Source: Lama glama (taxonomy: Eukaryota). From it: 64,000 nt of DNA. The notes under the pieces are model-generated. The model saw only the letters and a program-made list of their open reading frames with translations. It did no database searches and was not told the origin of the DNA. Shown here piece by piece: positions 38,940 through 51,676 of the stretch. The translations under genes were made by a program, and so were the position numbers. Location of the stretch: contig CM052816.1 of assembly GCA_028534125.1 (NCBI GenBank), positions 52,268,001 to 52,332,000 of the forward strand. Direction: 5' to 3'. Position 1 is the first letter of the stretch, and each line of letters starts with the position of its first letter.

Positions 38940-41900
38940 GATCAAACATCCTTTAAATGATGCAGTTGCCTGTTTGAAGAAAGAGCACAAAGCAGAGATA
39001 TGAGTTCACAGGATTTCAAGATAATAGGAAAGAGATGATGAAATATGAATTGGTAGATCTTAGGAAAGAAGTGGAAAATTAATACTATTACAGAAATAAG
39101 GTGAATTCTGAAGGTATACAAGGGAGAAAAGACATTGTTGGAAAATACTGTAAGGGACAGAGAAGACAAATTATGAAATCAAGTAAAAAAATGTGAACAA
39201 ATAAAAAGGAAAGAAAAACTGAAGGGAAAATAATAGATATCAAAGATAGGCAAAAGAGATCTACATATTCATAACTGGAGTCCCTGAAAGAGAAAACAGT
39301 GTTACAAATGCAACAGAACAAGTATTTTAAAATGTAATTCACAGAAATATTCCAGAAAAGAAGAGCATTTGATTCTAGCTATTGAAAAACAACACCACAG
39401 CCCTGAAAAAACTGGTATAGAATGGTCCATATTGAGACATATTCTAGTAAAATTACTAAGCCTCAAAGATAAAGAACCCTTTCTACATTCTGTGTCCCCC
39501 ATTACCCCTCTCCAAAATTAAGTCACTTATAAGGGCAAAAAAATAATCTGGCTGGCTTCATATTCTTCCACATCAACACTCACATTAGAAAGCGGCAGAG
39601 CAATGCTTTCAAAATCCTCAAGGAAAGGCACTATAAGCCAAGAATTGTACAGCCAGCCAATTTATCATTTGGTATGAAGTACAAAGTTGAACATTAAGAA
39701 AGGGAGTACAGTCAACTAAAATTAGGTGAGGGGGTGGAGAAATGCACTAATTTTATTATTGCTCATGGAAGTTAACAGGCACTTGTAAAGAAGTAGATTA
39801 AGCGTATTTTATAAAGTAGCAGTAATAACAGGAAAAAAAATTAAACTTTCCAAATTTTCAGAATTAAAAATACAAATCAAAGAAAACAGCTACAGTGAAA
39901 TGTATTTTTAAAGCTATAAAAATATCAAGTACACTAGTTTTTGAAAATGACAAGACAAAACGTGTCTGTGTTATGAATAAACTGTAAGTTAGATTCTTCT
40001 TTTAAAAGAAAAAGGGTGTTAGGTTATATTAAAAGGAGCCAGGTATCTAAGCCTCTGATAAGGAATTTAACAACATGGAAAAACAGAAGGCTAGAAGGAA
40101 TCCTAAGGGTTTGGTTGAAATTGGAAGTATCAGTATGAACTCATGGGTTGTTTAAAACACACACACACAAACACAGAGATACAGAAATGGTTATTGATGT
40201 ACATGTAGGGTTATGTATGTCTGTGTAGTTGTGTGCATAACTACACATATACACAAACATGTATTTCCCAGTCCACTGAGAGGGAAATGACACCCTAGAA
40301 GAAATGATTATACTAAAATCCCATCTCTTGCTTTCTAAATACCACCTGCCACTATAATCAAGCAGGGATCCTGAAAGTGACTGATTTGAGAACTGGGACA
40401 AGTACATGAGGAGATTGCCAAGAATGTAAGACCTGAGATGTGTCATGAGAGAATATTGAACTAACCCATATTGAGGACATCTTTCGTAATAAAAGGCCTG
40501 TAGTCTTTAAGACTGTCACATACATGAGAGGAAGGGAAAAACTGAGGAACTAACTAGGAACTAGTTTTTGAAGTTTTGAAGGAAACTGATGAGACATGAC
40601 AACTAAATGCAGTGCATTTTCTTGGAGAGTTTCCTGGACCTCAAAGAAATAAAAACCATTGCTGGAATGGTTGGTAAATCTGAATGGGGTCTGTGGACTT
40701 CCTGCATGGCAGTGTTGCCTCAAAGCTGATACCCTGATTGTGAGGCTGCGTAGCAGTAATACCCTTGTGTGGGGAAGTGCACACTGGAGTACTTAAAGAT
40801 ATGAGACTTCATGACAGGAAAAAAATACAGAAAAAGAGAAAGAGAGGTGGAGGAGCGCAAGAGATGGACATAGAGACAATGGATAAATGCCGGAAAACGT
40901 TAACAATTTGGGAATTTGGGTGAAGGAGATGTAGTAGTTTTTTCCAACTTTTAAGTAGGTTTAAAATTATTTTTTCTAATGACAATAAATCACCCTTAAA
41001 ACAGTGAATGAAAAATAAAACTCTATAAATTTATTTTTGAAATAAAGGATAAAGCAAAGTTATTCAAGACAAACAAAAAGAAAGACAATGTGAATTTAGG
41101 TACAAAATCATTAAATAAGACCAAGAAGGAGATCTTTTAATAATAAAGGTGTAATTCTTCATGAAGATAATAAAAGAGACATAAATATGTACCATATAAC
41201 ATATCAAACATTTAATAAGCAAAAATTATGAAGGCAGAAGAGGAAGCAGACAAAAACACTTTAATAGTTGGAGACTTTAACTCTCTTCATCTGTAAGAGA
41301 GCAAGTAGCCAAAAAATTAAATATGCCAAAGATCTGCACACATGCAAAACGGCACACTTACAAGGTGCCGTTCATTAAAGCATTATTCATCATATCAAAG
41401 ATTAGAAACACCTTTATGTTTATCAAGAGGAGGCTGGTTAAATAAATTATAGTACATACATAACTGTGATGCACATTTAGAAAAGAATGCACATCTTGAA
41501 AAGAAAAATGAGGAACCTTTAAAAAAAAGCTCCAAGATGTACTGCTAAGTTAAAAAAAAATAAAGAACAGATCAGAAGCAAGGTGTATAATACCTTTTGT
41601 TTTAAAAAGGAGGGGAAATAATCTATACTTGCATTCACTCTTATATGCATAAAGAAACCCCTAGCTGTGGTTGTATAAGCAACTAACAGCTGTGATTAGT
41701 GAGGCTGGGCAGGACTGGGTGAATAGGAGAGAGGTTTGTCACACTATAGCTCTGTTTGCTGGTTTTTAAACCTTCTAGGAGTTAATTACATTAAAATACT
41801 TAAAAAAGCAAACACAAAGGCATAGAAGAATTAAATAACATAACTAATAATGTATGTTAATGTGTCACAGAAACTATTAGTTTTACTCTAATATCTAGTC

Positions 41901-43450
41901 TCTTTTCTTTCATATAACAATCCCCTGAGTTCCAACTATGCACAAGACTCTACAAATTACAGCTACCTGTCCCAGAATCCCCTGCAGCTAGGTACAGGCA
42001 CATGACTAAGTTAAAGCCAGTGAGTGTGTGCAACTTCTAAATCATGCCCTTGAAGGAGAGGGTCAGGCCCCAGGCTTCTCTTTTTTCCCTCCTTCCTACC
42101 AATTGAAACAGACGTGGTAGTAATCGATATGACCATACAGATGAGGTCAACTTCCTAAGGAAAGCAGGCATCAAGATAGAAGGATTTTGGGTTGCTGACA
42201 CTGTGGAGGCATCAGATCAGCCCTGGACTATTTATGCTTTCCCCGTTATGTGACAGAGAAACAAACTGAAGTTTAAGCTATTGTTAATTTAGATTTTTGT
42301 TATAACAGCCAAACTATATTCTCATTAACATACATGAACTCATACAAATATCCATATATCAAGCCACTAATAAAACCATAATAAAGTCTACAAAGTAGAA
42401 ATAATATAGACATTATCTGATTACTATACAATAAACCTAGAAAGCTATTAACAAATCCAAAATAAAATAATTCTACCACCTTGATGACTAAAAATTTTTC
42501 TCTTGAAACAACTTTTGAGACTAAGGAGAAAAAGCTACCATTGCAGAATATTTATAAATTAACAGTGATGAACATCTACATACAAGAAACAATAAGATAC
42601 AGCTACAGCAGTGGTCAGAGAAACAAGTATAGTTTTAAATACTTATGTTAATAAATATAAATATATTAGTAAATATAAAAATGAAAATAAATTAAGCATC
42701 CAACTCAAGAAATTAGAAGAAACTTCATGAAGCAGAATTTTAGAAGATAAAAGGCAGAAATTAGTAAATCATAGATCAGAGAAATAAATAATCCAAGAGC
42801 TGGTTCTCAAAAAAGAGATTAAATCATTATCTAGTTTAATCAAGAAATAAGGGAAAAAAAACTTCAAAAAAGCAAAATGAGGAAATTATTTTGAAGACAC
42901 AGAAGAAACCAAAAGGATAAGAAATTATTTTAACCATCTATGTGTAAAAAATTTAAAAACCTGAATGAGGTGAACAATTTTCTAGGAAAATACATCAAAA
43001 TTGGCTACCAAGTAGAAAATCAACCATTTACCGTATAAGAAATAGAAAAGATTATATAAGTTAAGCTTTCCATCAGGTTTAGATGGTTTCACTATTGAGT
43101 TTGCCAAAATTTAAGTACAGGCCACTTCAATGTTACTGTTAACACCTGAGAAAATGTAAAAAGAAAGAAAGGTCCCTAGTTTTTTAATAAAATGTTCATG
43201 ATAGTAATACCTAAAACTGAGAAAGAAAAACTACAGACAAATCTCACTTTTGAATGCAGAAACCCCAATTAAAATATTAGCAATAAAATTCAGCAGCACA
43301 TTAAATGAACAATAAATTCTGATCAAGTGGGGTTTATTCTGGGAAATGTGTGGATGATTCAATATATAAAGTACTAAAATAACTTATTTTATTAATAGGT
43401 AAAGGGAGAAGAATAAGGTTATTTTCATAGCAACTGCAAAGGCATTCAGT
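38940..43450 (+). mobile_element. Cluster of highly decayed ancient L1 pieces (ORF1, ORF2, L1MC-like 3' ends) with nested elements
   Basis: A-rich plus strand with ORF1-like motifs at 39000-39700 and ORF2-like motifs (GATCAAGTGGGGTTTATT...GATTCAATAT) near 43320. Boundaries approximate. Confidence 0.6.
41861..42332 (+). mobile_element. Old MaLR LTR (MLT1I/J-like)
   Basis: CCCCTGCAGCTAGGTACAGGCACATGACTAAGTT and 3' end TTTTGTTATAACAGCCAAAC...AACATACA. Confidence 0.6.
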
Positions 43451-44034
43451 AAAAACTCAATACCCACAGGAATGTGGATTCTTCTTTAATGTTTGAGTAT
43501 ATACTTCCCTTATTCTCTACAGAACAATGAATTACCAAACTGGGTCTTTTTCTGCATGATTTGTGAAAATTCTTTACCTGTTAGAATCTTTATATCTTTC
43601 TGACATATGTATTAAGAATAGCTTTACCAGAATCTTTCCATTTTTATGTCAAATGTATCAAACTTTCCTTTTATAGATAGCTTCTAGGTTTTGTGCCTTA
43701 CTAAGATAAGAAGGGTCTTCTCTACTCTGAAACTGACTAAAAAATCATCACTTGTGTTTTCTTTATGCATTTAATGTTTGGTGTTCACATCTTTAATTTA
43801 TTTGTAATTATTCTGGAGGAAGGATTAAGGAAAGATGTTAACTTTGTTTTTCTTGTAATGTTGGCCTGTTGTCCCAACACAAACTACTGAACTTTAGTTT
43901 CAATGGCTTGAATTACCAGCTTTTTCCTGTATTAAGTTCCATGATAGAGTTGGGTTTATTTCTGGACTTTCCCTGATATTCTATTGACTAGTCTATTAAA
44001 GAGGTAGTATCAAAGCTGTTTCAATATCTGCAGC

Positions 44035-44210
44035 TTTTTTTTTTAATAATAATTTTTACTGAAGCAACATTTTCTAGTTTTTATTTTTTATGAGGGGGAG
44101 GTAACTAGGTTTCTTCATTGATTTCCGCTTGGAGGAGGTACTGGGGATTGAACCCCTAACCTCTTGGGTGCTGAGCATACACTCTACCACTCGAGCTATA
44201 CCCTTCCCTC
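44035..44210 (-). mobile_element. tRNA-derived SINE (Vic-1-like) in FAM151B intron 5
   Basis: Reverse complement shows A and B boxes and an A-rich tail. Flanked by AGCTTTTT repeats (about 44032 and 44214). Confidence 0.85.
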
Positions 44211-44573
44211 AGTAGCTTTTTAATATATAATATTTAACAGGTGATCCAACCAATTTTTATTACATATTAAAATAATAAAATTTGTATATGGGAAAAGACT
44301 CCTGGAATTATGATTGAATTCAAAGGGATACTATTCTATCTTGTAACTTTTTGTCAATTTTTAACATAATGAAAAAAAAAGGCCAATATTTACTGGGAAC
44401 CTACTACGTGCAGCAACTTTTGTGAGGAAAGAGGTGAAAGACACGATGTTGAGGTTCATCAAGGAACTTCATTCCAGTGAGGGAGTCTGAGGGCTTATAG
44501 AATCAGTGTTCATTTTCTCCATCTGTTTCTCTCACACACAGTCTTTACATAACCAGTTTTCATTTTCTTTCTG

Positions 44574-44603
44574 TCTCTCTCTCTCTCTCACACACACACA
44601 CAC
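44574..44603. repeat. (TC)8(AC)7 compound microsatellite next to the FAM151B exon 5 donor
   Basis: Read directly. Confidence 0.9.
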
Positions 44604-44624
44604 TATTGTTAAACTTATACCTAC

Positions 44625-44760
44625 CTGTTTGATTGCTTTAGCAGCCAAAGTAACTGAGAACACGACTGCCTGACTAATACCGCTCTGACAGGAAATGTTA
44701 CAGGCTGATTTAGTTCATTACATATATATTCCATCTCTTTCACCATTGTCCAACTGTAAC
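44625..44760 (-). CDS. FAM151B: FAM151B coding exon 5 (GYSWTMVKEMEYICNELNQPVTFPVRAVLVRQSCSQLLWLLKQSN-R)
   Basis: 136 nt, AAG acceptor after a pyrimidine tract and GTAGGT donor. QPVTFPVRA motif; phases fit exons 4 and 6. Confidence 0.94.
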
Positions 44761-44961
44761 CTTAAATGAAAAGAAAGAAATTTAACTTCTAAAATCTGAA
44801 ACCTAAGTCAATTAAATAAAAAAAAAACTAAATTACATATGAATAGGTCAATTCATAGTAATTCAAAAAACTTCCATTTGGATTTAGAGTGAATTAACAT
44901 ACCACTTAACGCAAGAAAATATTTTGAGTAGAAAGTGCAGAAAAAAATTAAATCTGAACTT

Positions 44962-45100
44962 GGGGGGAGGGTATAGCTCAAGTGGTAAAGCGCATGCTTG
45001 ACATACACAAGGTCCCAGGTTCAATCCCCAGTACCTTTTACAAATAGAAATAAATGAATAAACCAAGTTATCACTCCCTCATAAAAAAGAAAACAAGCAA
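44962..45100 (+). mobile_element. tRNA-derived SINE (Vic-1-like) in FAM151B intron 4
   Basis: A and B boxes, A-rich tail, TSD AAAATTAAATCT at about 44944-44955 and 45100-45111. Confidence 0.85.
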
Positions 45101-47008
45101 AAATTAAATCTAAAATCATGTCACAAGTGACCTAGAGTAAATTAAAGAAAAAATTAAAACATTAGAAAATAATTTATTCTCTTAAGTACAAAAAAAGCAA
45201 ATTTTGACACTATATTTACTTTAAAGATTCTGAGGTGCCACATCATTAATATTCTCTATAAACTTAGATTTTTCCATTTGTGTTAAGTTTTCTAAAAGAA
45301 AGATTGTTGCTAGGTATTTACTAACTGTTTAAGTAATAATTAACCTCAATTTTTTTCGGGGGGGCTAGTCCAAAATAACTTACACATTTTATTTAAATAG
45401 AAATAGCATTAAAACTGACTTCTACATATGTGTTTTTGTGTTTTAAATCATGTTTAGACATTATGAAAAATACTTTTACCTGTTTTAAACAGTTTCAGCA
45501 AAAAATTTTATTTTAATAATAACCTCTAAACTCTATCAAAAGCAGGTTATTAAAAATGTATTGGCCAGTAAAGGAACAATTTACAGAAAGCCTACGTGAA
45601 TATGTTAAACAGCTAAATTCCTTGTAAAGAAGGGAAATGTCTGCATTCCTTTAAAATCTGGAAAATTTTATTTTTTTTAATTAGAAAAAGGTGTTGCTAA
45701 CAGAAACTATACTTACACTACTATGAACTCTCTTTTCTAAAATTTGTAGCATAAGAAGTAAGAGAGGATAAAACACCTGGTGGTAAATGACCAGGGGCCA
45801 GTGGGGGAAAAGCAGCTTGGAAAGATTCAACTCCAACATGGCTTAAAGATCAGATATGGTTTAACTCAATCTCAACTGGCCTGAGATTAAAGCCAGAGTT
45901 AAGAATAAACTGTGAGTAAAAGGAGTTTAGTATCAGCATGAAGGCTGTTAAATTGTTTCTAGTTTACCTACTTTAACACTTTGAATTATATGCTAAATTC
46001 TTTAATAAAATCAATATAAATTAAAATGATTAGAAAATTAAGATAGAATGCATTTAAAGCATGTTATTTTTCTCTCAGTCATATCAATTTTTGGTCTGGG
46101 GGATTAAAACCTAAATGTCCTACTCACTAGATAGCAGTTACTCTAATCTCTAATCTCATGTTAGACTTAAAAACTTTACATCTAAAAACAATAATAGCAA
46201 ATGAGTAAAAAATGAATGCCCTGAACACAAGATAAAGGCTAACATCTCTATAGACTCTAAATACCTTCTTGGTTTGTTATTTTTTACCACATGTTCAGGT
46301 GTCCCAGAGCTTATGGGCTGTTTACTGCAAAATCACTACCTAGGGATGTATGAAGAAATAGAAAGATGAATTCAAACAGTGTTACACATTTCAGTCAGGA
46401 AAAAGAAGCTGAATTTCAGGTCCATCTGTAATACATGAACTGAAAGAAGAAATTTAGCCTCAAGGAGAGTCTCAAGGCCTTCCATCGCCAAAAAGAACAT
46501 GAGGGCAGCAAGGTACCAGCAGCCTACATTTGGAGCCCCTTTTAATATTCTGGGGACAGAACTTGTGCTATTCAACCACACACCCTCTACTTCTGGCCTC
46601 ACATTACATGAAAAGCTTTTATTCACCAATTCTTTATCTACCATTTGACATAGGGAGTTTGTGCCAAAGTAAAAGGGGAAAAAGAAAAAAAGAGTACAGA
46701 ATGTTTTACAAGTTTAAAGAGACAAACTCAGGATTTGTTTAAAGTATGTAAAGAAGCAGCTTTGGTTATTCTAGACCTTGCAAATAAATATTTCCCATGG
46801 AAGCTTTGGTGACAGAACATCACCAGTGAATGAGTGTCTATCTGAAATAGCAGAAGAAAGAGTCATACATACGTCTTTAGGACCAGACCTTTCCACTAGG
46901 CTCATAAATTTTGTAAAATGTGTTTTTGGTTTTGTAGTAAAGGTATTATTTTTATATTTGAGTATATTTTAACTTGACCAACAAGAAATACATTTTTTAA
47001 ACTATTAC

Positions 47009-47226
47009 CTTCATTGACTTTTTCAGGATGCCAACCTGTTGTCCAACCCAGGGAAAATGTCACATCTGGAAAGAAGGATGTCACAGTGTCTATAAAAGGT
47101 TTTGCATCCACTACTCTGCTATTACCATTTGGACCAGGAAGAATATCTGCATTAATCCACACAGGACGCTTCAGATGCCTCTTCACATTTTCCAAGAGCA
47201 TCATGGATGGTTCTACAGCTGCTAGA
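47009..47226 (-). CDS. FAM151B: FAM151B coding exon 4 (SLAAVEPSMMLL...PVWINADILPGPNG...SLGWTTGWHPEKVNE)
   Basis: 218 nt, TAG acceptor and GTAATA donor. Motifs WINADILPGP and SLGWTT (ORF track 46902..47204). Confidence 0.96.
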
Positions 47227-50200
47227 CTAAAAACAGTTTGTTGTCAATGAGATATATTCCTAAAGTAAAAGTAAAAAGAAGTTCTTTTAGACTAGTGGCT
47301 TTAATATTCTCAAATTCATAATAAAAGTATAATACAATAATGCATGAGTTAAATAAAATCAAAGATCACATAGTACCAGAGGGGAAAATTAACATCTTAA
47401 AATGTTGATTTATACTTATTATTCATGAAAGTACTTTAAAGGTTCTATAAATGTCACTACTTGAGGATAGATAAAAATTTCAAAACTCTGTGTTAGAATC
47501 ACTCAGTAGAAAAACAATTTAAGAAAAGACAGGATTATTCACACATCAGAGAATGTATAAACAAGATTTAAAAGTTAAATATACTCATATCCTGCAAATT
47601 CACATTTATGAAAATAGCCAAAGTGGCTTGTGACCTTGGAGAGAAGAGCCTCTTTTCCTTCATGTATTCTTGGGTGAGTCTGAATGCACAAACACATTTC
47701 TAAAAGTGACGGCAAAGTGTAAAATTATAATATTTCCTTAAAGCTTTTATAAACTTTTTTTTTCCTTTATTGTAAACACCTTTCCTGGAAACTAGAGACA
47801 ACTATATTTTGGTTACTTTTAAATTAAAAAGCAGCTTCACTCTTTTTACTTCCCTACATCTTTTCTGACACCTACAGATTTTTAAACACTATGGTTTTTA
47901 CTCAGTCTATATAATTTTTACTTTTTAAAAATATACACATAAACTTTACTGGAAAAGTATACTACTTATAATTCTGAATCTTTTCTGAACCTTTAAGGCC
48001 TATGTTCATTTTTTTAAAAAAATTAGCTTTGAGTGAATCCCATGATTGGAGGCTAAGAATCTGGGAGGTGGATGTTGGAAGGGAGAACGCTCGGCACCCT
48101 CCCCTTATTTCCATTCCTCCTCTTAATGGACTGGGATCCTTCTGCCTGTGTTTCCACCACTCTTCACTTAACTTCTTTTGGGCTCCTACCATAACAGCAG
48201 AAACTGATCACCTCAATATTTATAGAGTCACATTAGAGAGCAAAGACACTGTTCATTAAAACCAGAGGAAACCAGCCTCCAGCCTCTCTTTCACTCTGCT
48301 TCTTAAGAAACCAGAATCCTTTCTGGAAACGAATAGGTCTTTTTGTTTCTTTTTTCTCACTTTTATGCCCCTGAAATGGAGGCCCTAGATATTAGCGGGT
48401 TAATAAACTCAAACAGTAGACCTCATAGACTCTAATTTAGATGTTGTCATTTTTCTGTCTCAAAGGCTTTCTGCCTTGAACAGCATCAATGCCATGTTAA
48501 AAACCACAATTCTGAGATCTGGTCGACTGCATTTCCTCCAAAATTCCCCCACTTCTAGTAACAAACAACTTGTACCTATAATACTCCAAAGCTGGCTTGT
48601 CTGCAAGTCCCACAGCAGCACAAGTCCCTGTGGGGTTCTGCTCTTCATGGGTGGAGCAGGAGGAAACCTTGAACCAATCTACACATGTCTGCAGCTGACC
48701 TCTTCATTTCCAGAAGGGACTCTGATTTCTTAAGAAATCTGGTGTCTGTGGCAGTTGGGTTAAACATGAATTTCCAGTTTATACTCAGGAGGAAGCGTCT
48801 CAGTCTTTCTCAATTTAGTAAGCTGACAGAGAGCCGTTTTCAATGGTTTGCCATCTGACAATATCCAGTCTAATAGTGTATTCTCCCCAAAATTGAAATT
48901 CCACCAGCATATATTAAGTACTATAAAGCACTACACAGTTAAACATAAGGCACTAAGACAAAGAACATAATAAAATAAGAATTTAATATAGATATTCTGT
49001 ATTTTATATACATATTTTAATTTTCACTAATATATAGTAGTGCCACTTTCTCTTACCAGAAATTCAAATAAAAAGCAAAATCTACATTAAGAAAAACATA
49101 AAATCTTACTAAGGAAAAAACAACATTTTGTTGTAGTTTTAATTTTCTAGAACTTGATGAAATAATTGTAAAATTCCTCTGGAAGAGCAAATGTAAATAA
49201 AATTAAAAAAAAAAAAAAGACTGAGGATGAACTTCGCCTATGCGCAAAATAGAACCTTTACTACAAAGAATAACATAGTATATTCCTAGCCTGGAAGACT
49301 CAATATTGTAAATATTGCAAAATGACACTTCCCTCCCAATTAATCTATAAATTCCATGTAATTCTAATTAAAAATACCAGTGGCAAACATTTTCAATTCT
49401 TACATATATTAGTATTATAAAGGATTATAATTAGTATCATAAAGGATTGACAAAAGGTTTGCCAAGATGATCTTCTGAGGAGGGAGGTCCTGATTAGAAC
49501 ACTATCTAAAATTTCTTTTTGGTAGTACTTATTTAGGAAATTCTAGGAAAGAAAGAATATAAACTTAGTTTTTATAGAATTGGGCTTTTTTTTTTTTCCT
49601 AAAAAGTTACTTGTAAGTCAAACTTTTGAGTATCACATCTATTTTCCTATTAACTTCATTTCGGAATTGGGGATAAAATAAAAATCATACTTAAAATTAC
49701 AATAAGCCATTTACAATTACGTTCTAAGGTAAAATTCCAGATAAAATTTTAAAATCACCATATATTACTAAGTTATTACTTGTATACAAACAAAATAACT
49801 TAGAGGCACAGAACAGGAACTATTAAAATTTGACTACAGGGTCACTCAGCTACCCTTACAGAGGTAGTACAGAGTTCTGGTTCAGCTCTCCTACAGATTA
49901 TGTGACCACAAGCAGGCTACTTACCCGTCTCTGCCTGTTTCCTTATCTGGAAAAATAAGGATAATAGGATTACCTACCTATTAGGATTGTTATGAGGATT
50001 AAATGAATTAACACAGTAATAAGTGTTTATATAACTGTTAGTTACATTCATTCCCCTTCAAATATGTTATGACCAAAAACCTGCAAAATCTTTTTTTAGT
50101 GGCTCAGCCTTTTAGCGGCAGCTGCTAGCAGTTAGGAATGAATGAGCTGATCTGACTGGTGAGGAGCCAAAGAATGTATTACGGAGAACAATTCAATGGG

Positions 50201-51010
50201 CGATAGTAAACATTAGAAAAACTGAACACATGAAAAGGCAGGGAGATCTAAAATGTTTCTCACCAGCATTAATACTCAAGTGGTTTATTCATGGAACAGA
50301 GAACACTGAACTGGCTGCAGGAAACCTGGAATCTGGTCCTAGCTCAGCTCCCAAGTGTAGCTGTTGTCACTTAACCTCCTTAGGACTAAGTTTCTTTGTC
50401 AATAAAATGGAGTTGGACCAATCACCATTCTAAAAGTTTCATTCACCAACGGTACAAAGAGGGTTACTGGTATATTTAACCTCACAACAAATGATTAGAG
50501 TCATCTTAAAAACACTATGAATTAAGATTTCCAAATCCTTATTAATTTCTTGAGATAATTCAATTTTAAAATACTGTTCAAAGATAAGGTAGATTTTTCA
50601 GTTATTGAAGAATTCTAGATAATTCCCCTTACACAAATATAAAAACACAATTCAAGTAGGAAATGCATTAACTATCCCAATTACTGCCAACTCTCTCTCA
50701 GACTACCTTTTAACAAAAATAGTATTTTAAATTTACTGTTCTATTATTATAGTGATAAATTTTATTATTATGATAAATCTCTTTCTAAAATTAACTTAAT
50801 TTTAGCCTCAAAGGATTCCCAAGAAACAATTTTAGCAAACAATCAGTAGGTCTTAGGTCCATTCCTGAAATATATTAGTTTGTGATCCCATTTCCAGTTT
50901 AGATAAAGTATAAAGTTGGTTAGTCAGGCACAGATATATGAAACTACTGATCTTTTTTCCCCACTGTTATTCTGTAACAACTGGGAGACTGAACATGTTT
51001 GTACAAATAC

Positions 51011-51176
51011 CTCTTGAAATCCAGCTTGATGCCTTTATTGCTTTTTATAACTTCAGCCAGCCATTCCTGTAAAGTATTATCGCTGTTTGTTTCAGGAGGA
51101 TGGGCCATGATTGGCTGGCCATGTTCTGATCCATCACTTGGAAGAATGATATCAGCCTCTATCATATGAGCAGTAC
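51011..51176 (-). CDS. FAM151B: FAM151B coding exon 3 (STAHMIEADII...PIMAHPP...GIKLDFK)
   Basis: 166 nt, CAG acceptor and GTATTT donor. Contains the conserved MIEAD, MAHPP and GIKLDFK motifs (ORF track 50944..51186). Confidence 0.96.
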
Positions 51177-51676
51177 CTGTGTCCAAAAAGAAGAAGTTAT
51201 GTTAATGTTAATAAAATATTTGGACTGCAGAAGTTAGCACGTCTAGTACCCTTTTAAAGAAGATAAAAAGGAAAGAAAATAACATTTACTAAGTAATCGC
51301 TAAGTGCCAGGTACTATACCAGACCTTATATGTCGTCCTTATTTGTTACAGATAAGCAGACAGGTGATGAGGAGTTAAATACCTGTGCCTAAGTCACACG
51401 CTTAAGCTGTTGTCATAATATTTAACTTCCCAACACACAGCAAAGTGAGTATACAAATGGAGGCTTAAATATTTGTTGAAGTTTCTGAGAATAAAAATAG
51501 TACTTTTATCTTCTCATTCCTCAAATTAGAAACTACAGATGTTTATTGTTTACATTTGAAATTCTTTGTTACAGACTCAGTTTTTTGACCCAAGGCTTAG
51601 CTCATATTTAAAAACACACATTCCTGGAATGGATAACAAGTTTCACCAGTCACTTAGTGCTAACTGCTTAGCAGGC

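Noticed and set aside
48440..48750. Minus-strand frame containing LEYYRYKLF, loosely like a SURP-domain motif
   Set aside because: The similarity covers a few residues, the frame is interrupted by stops, and FAM151B is complete without it.
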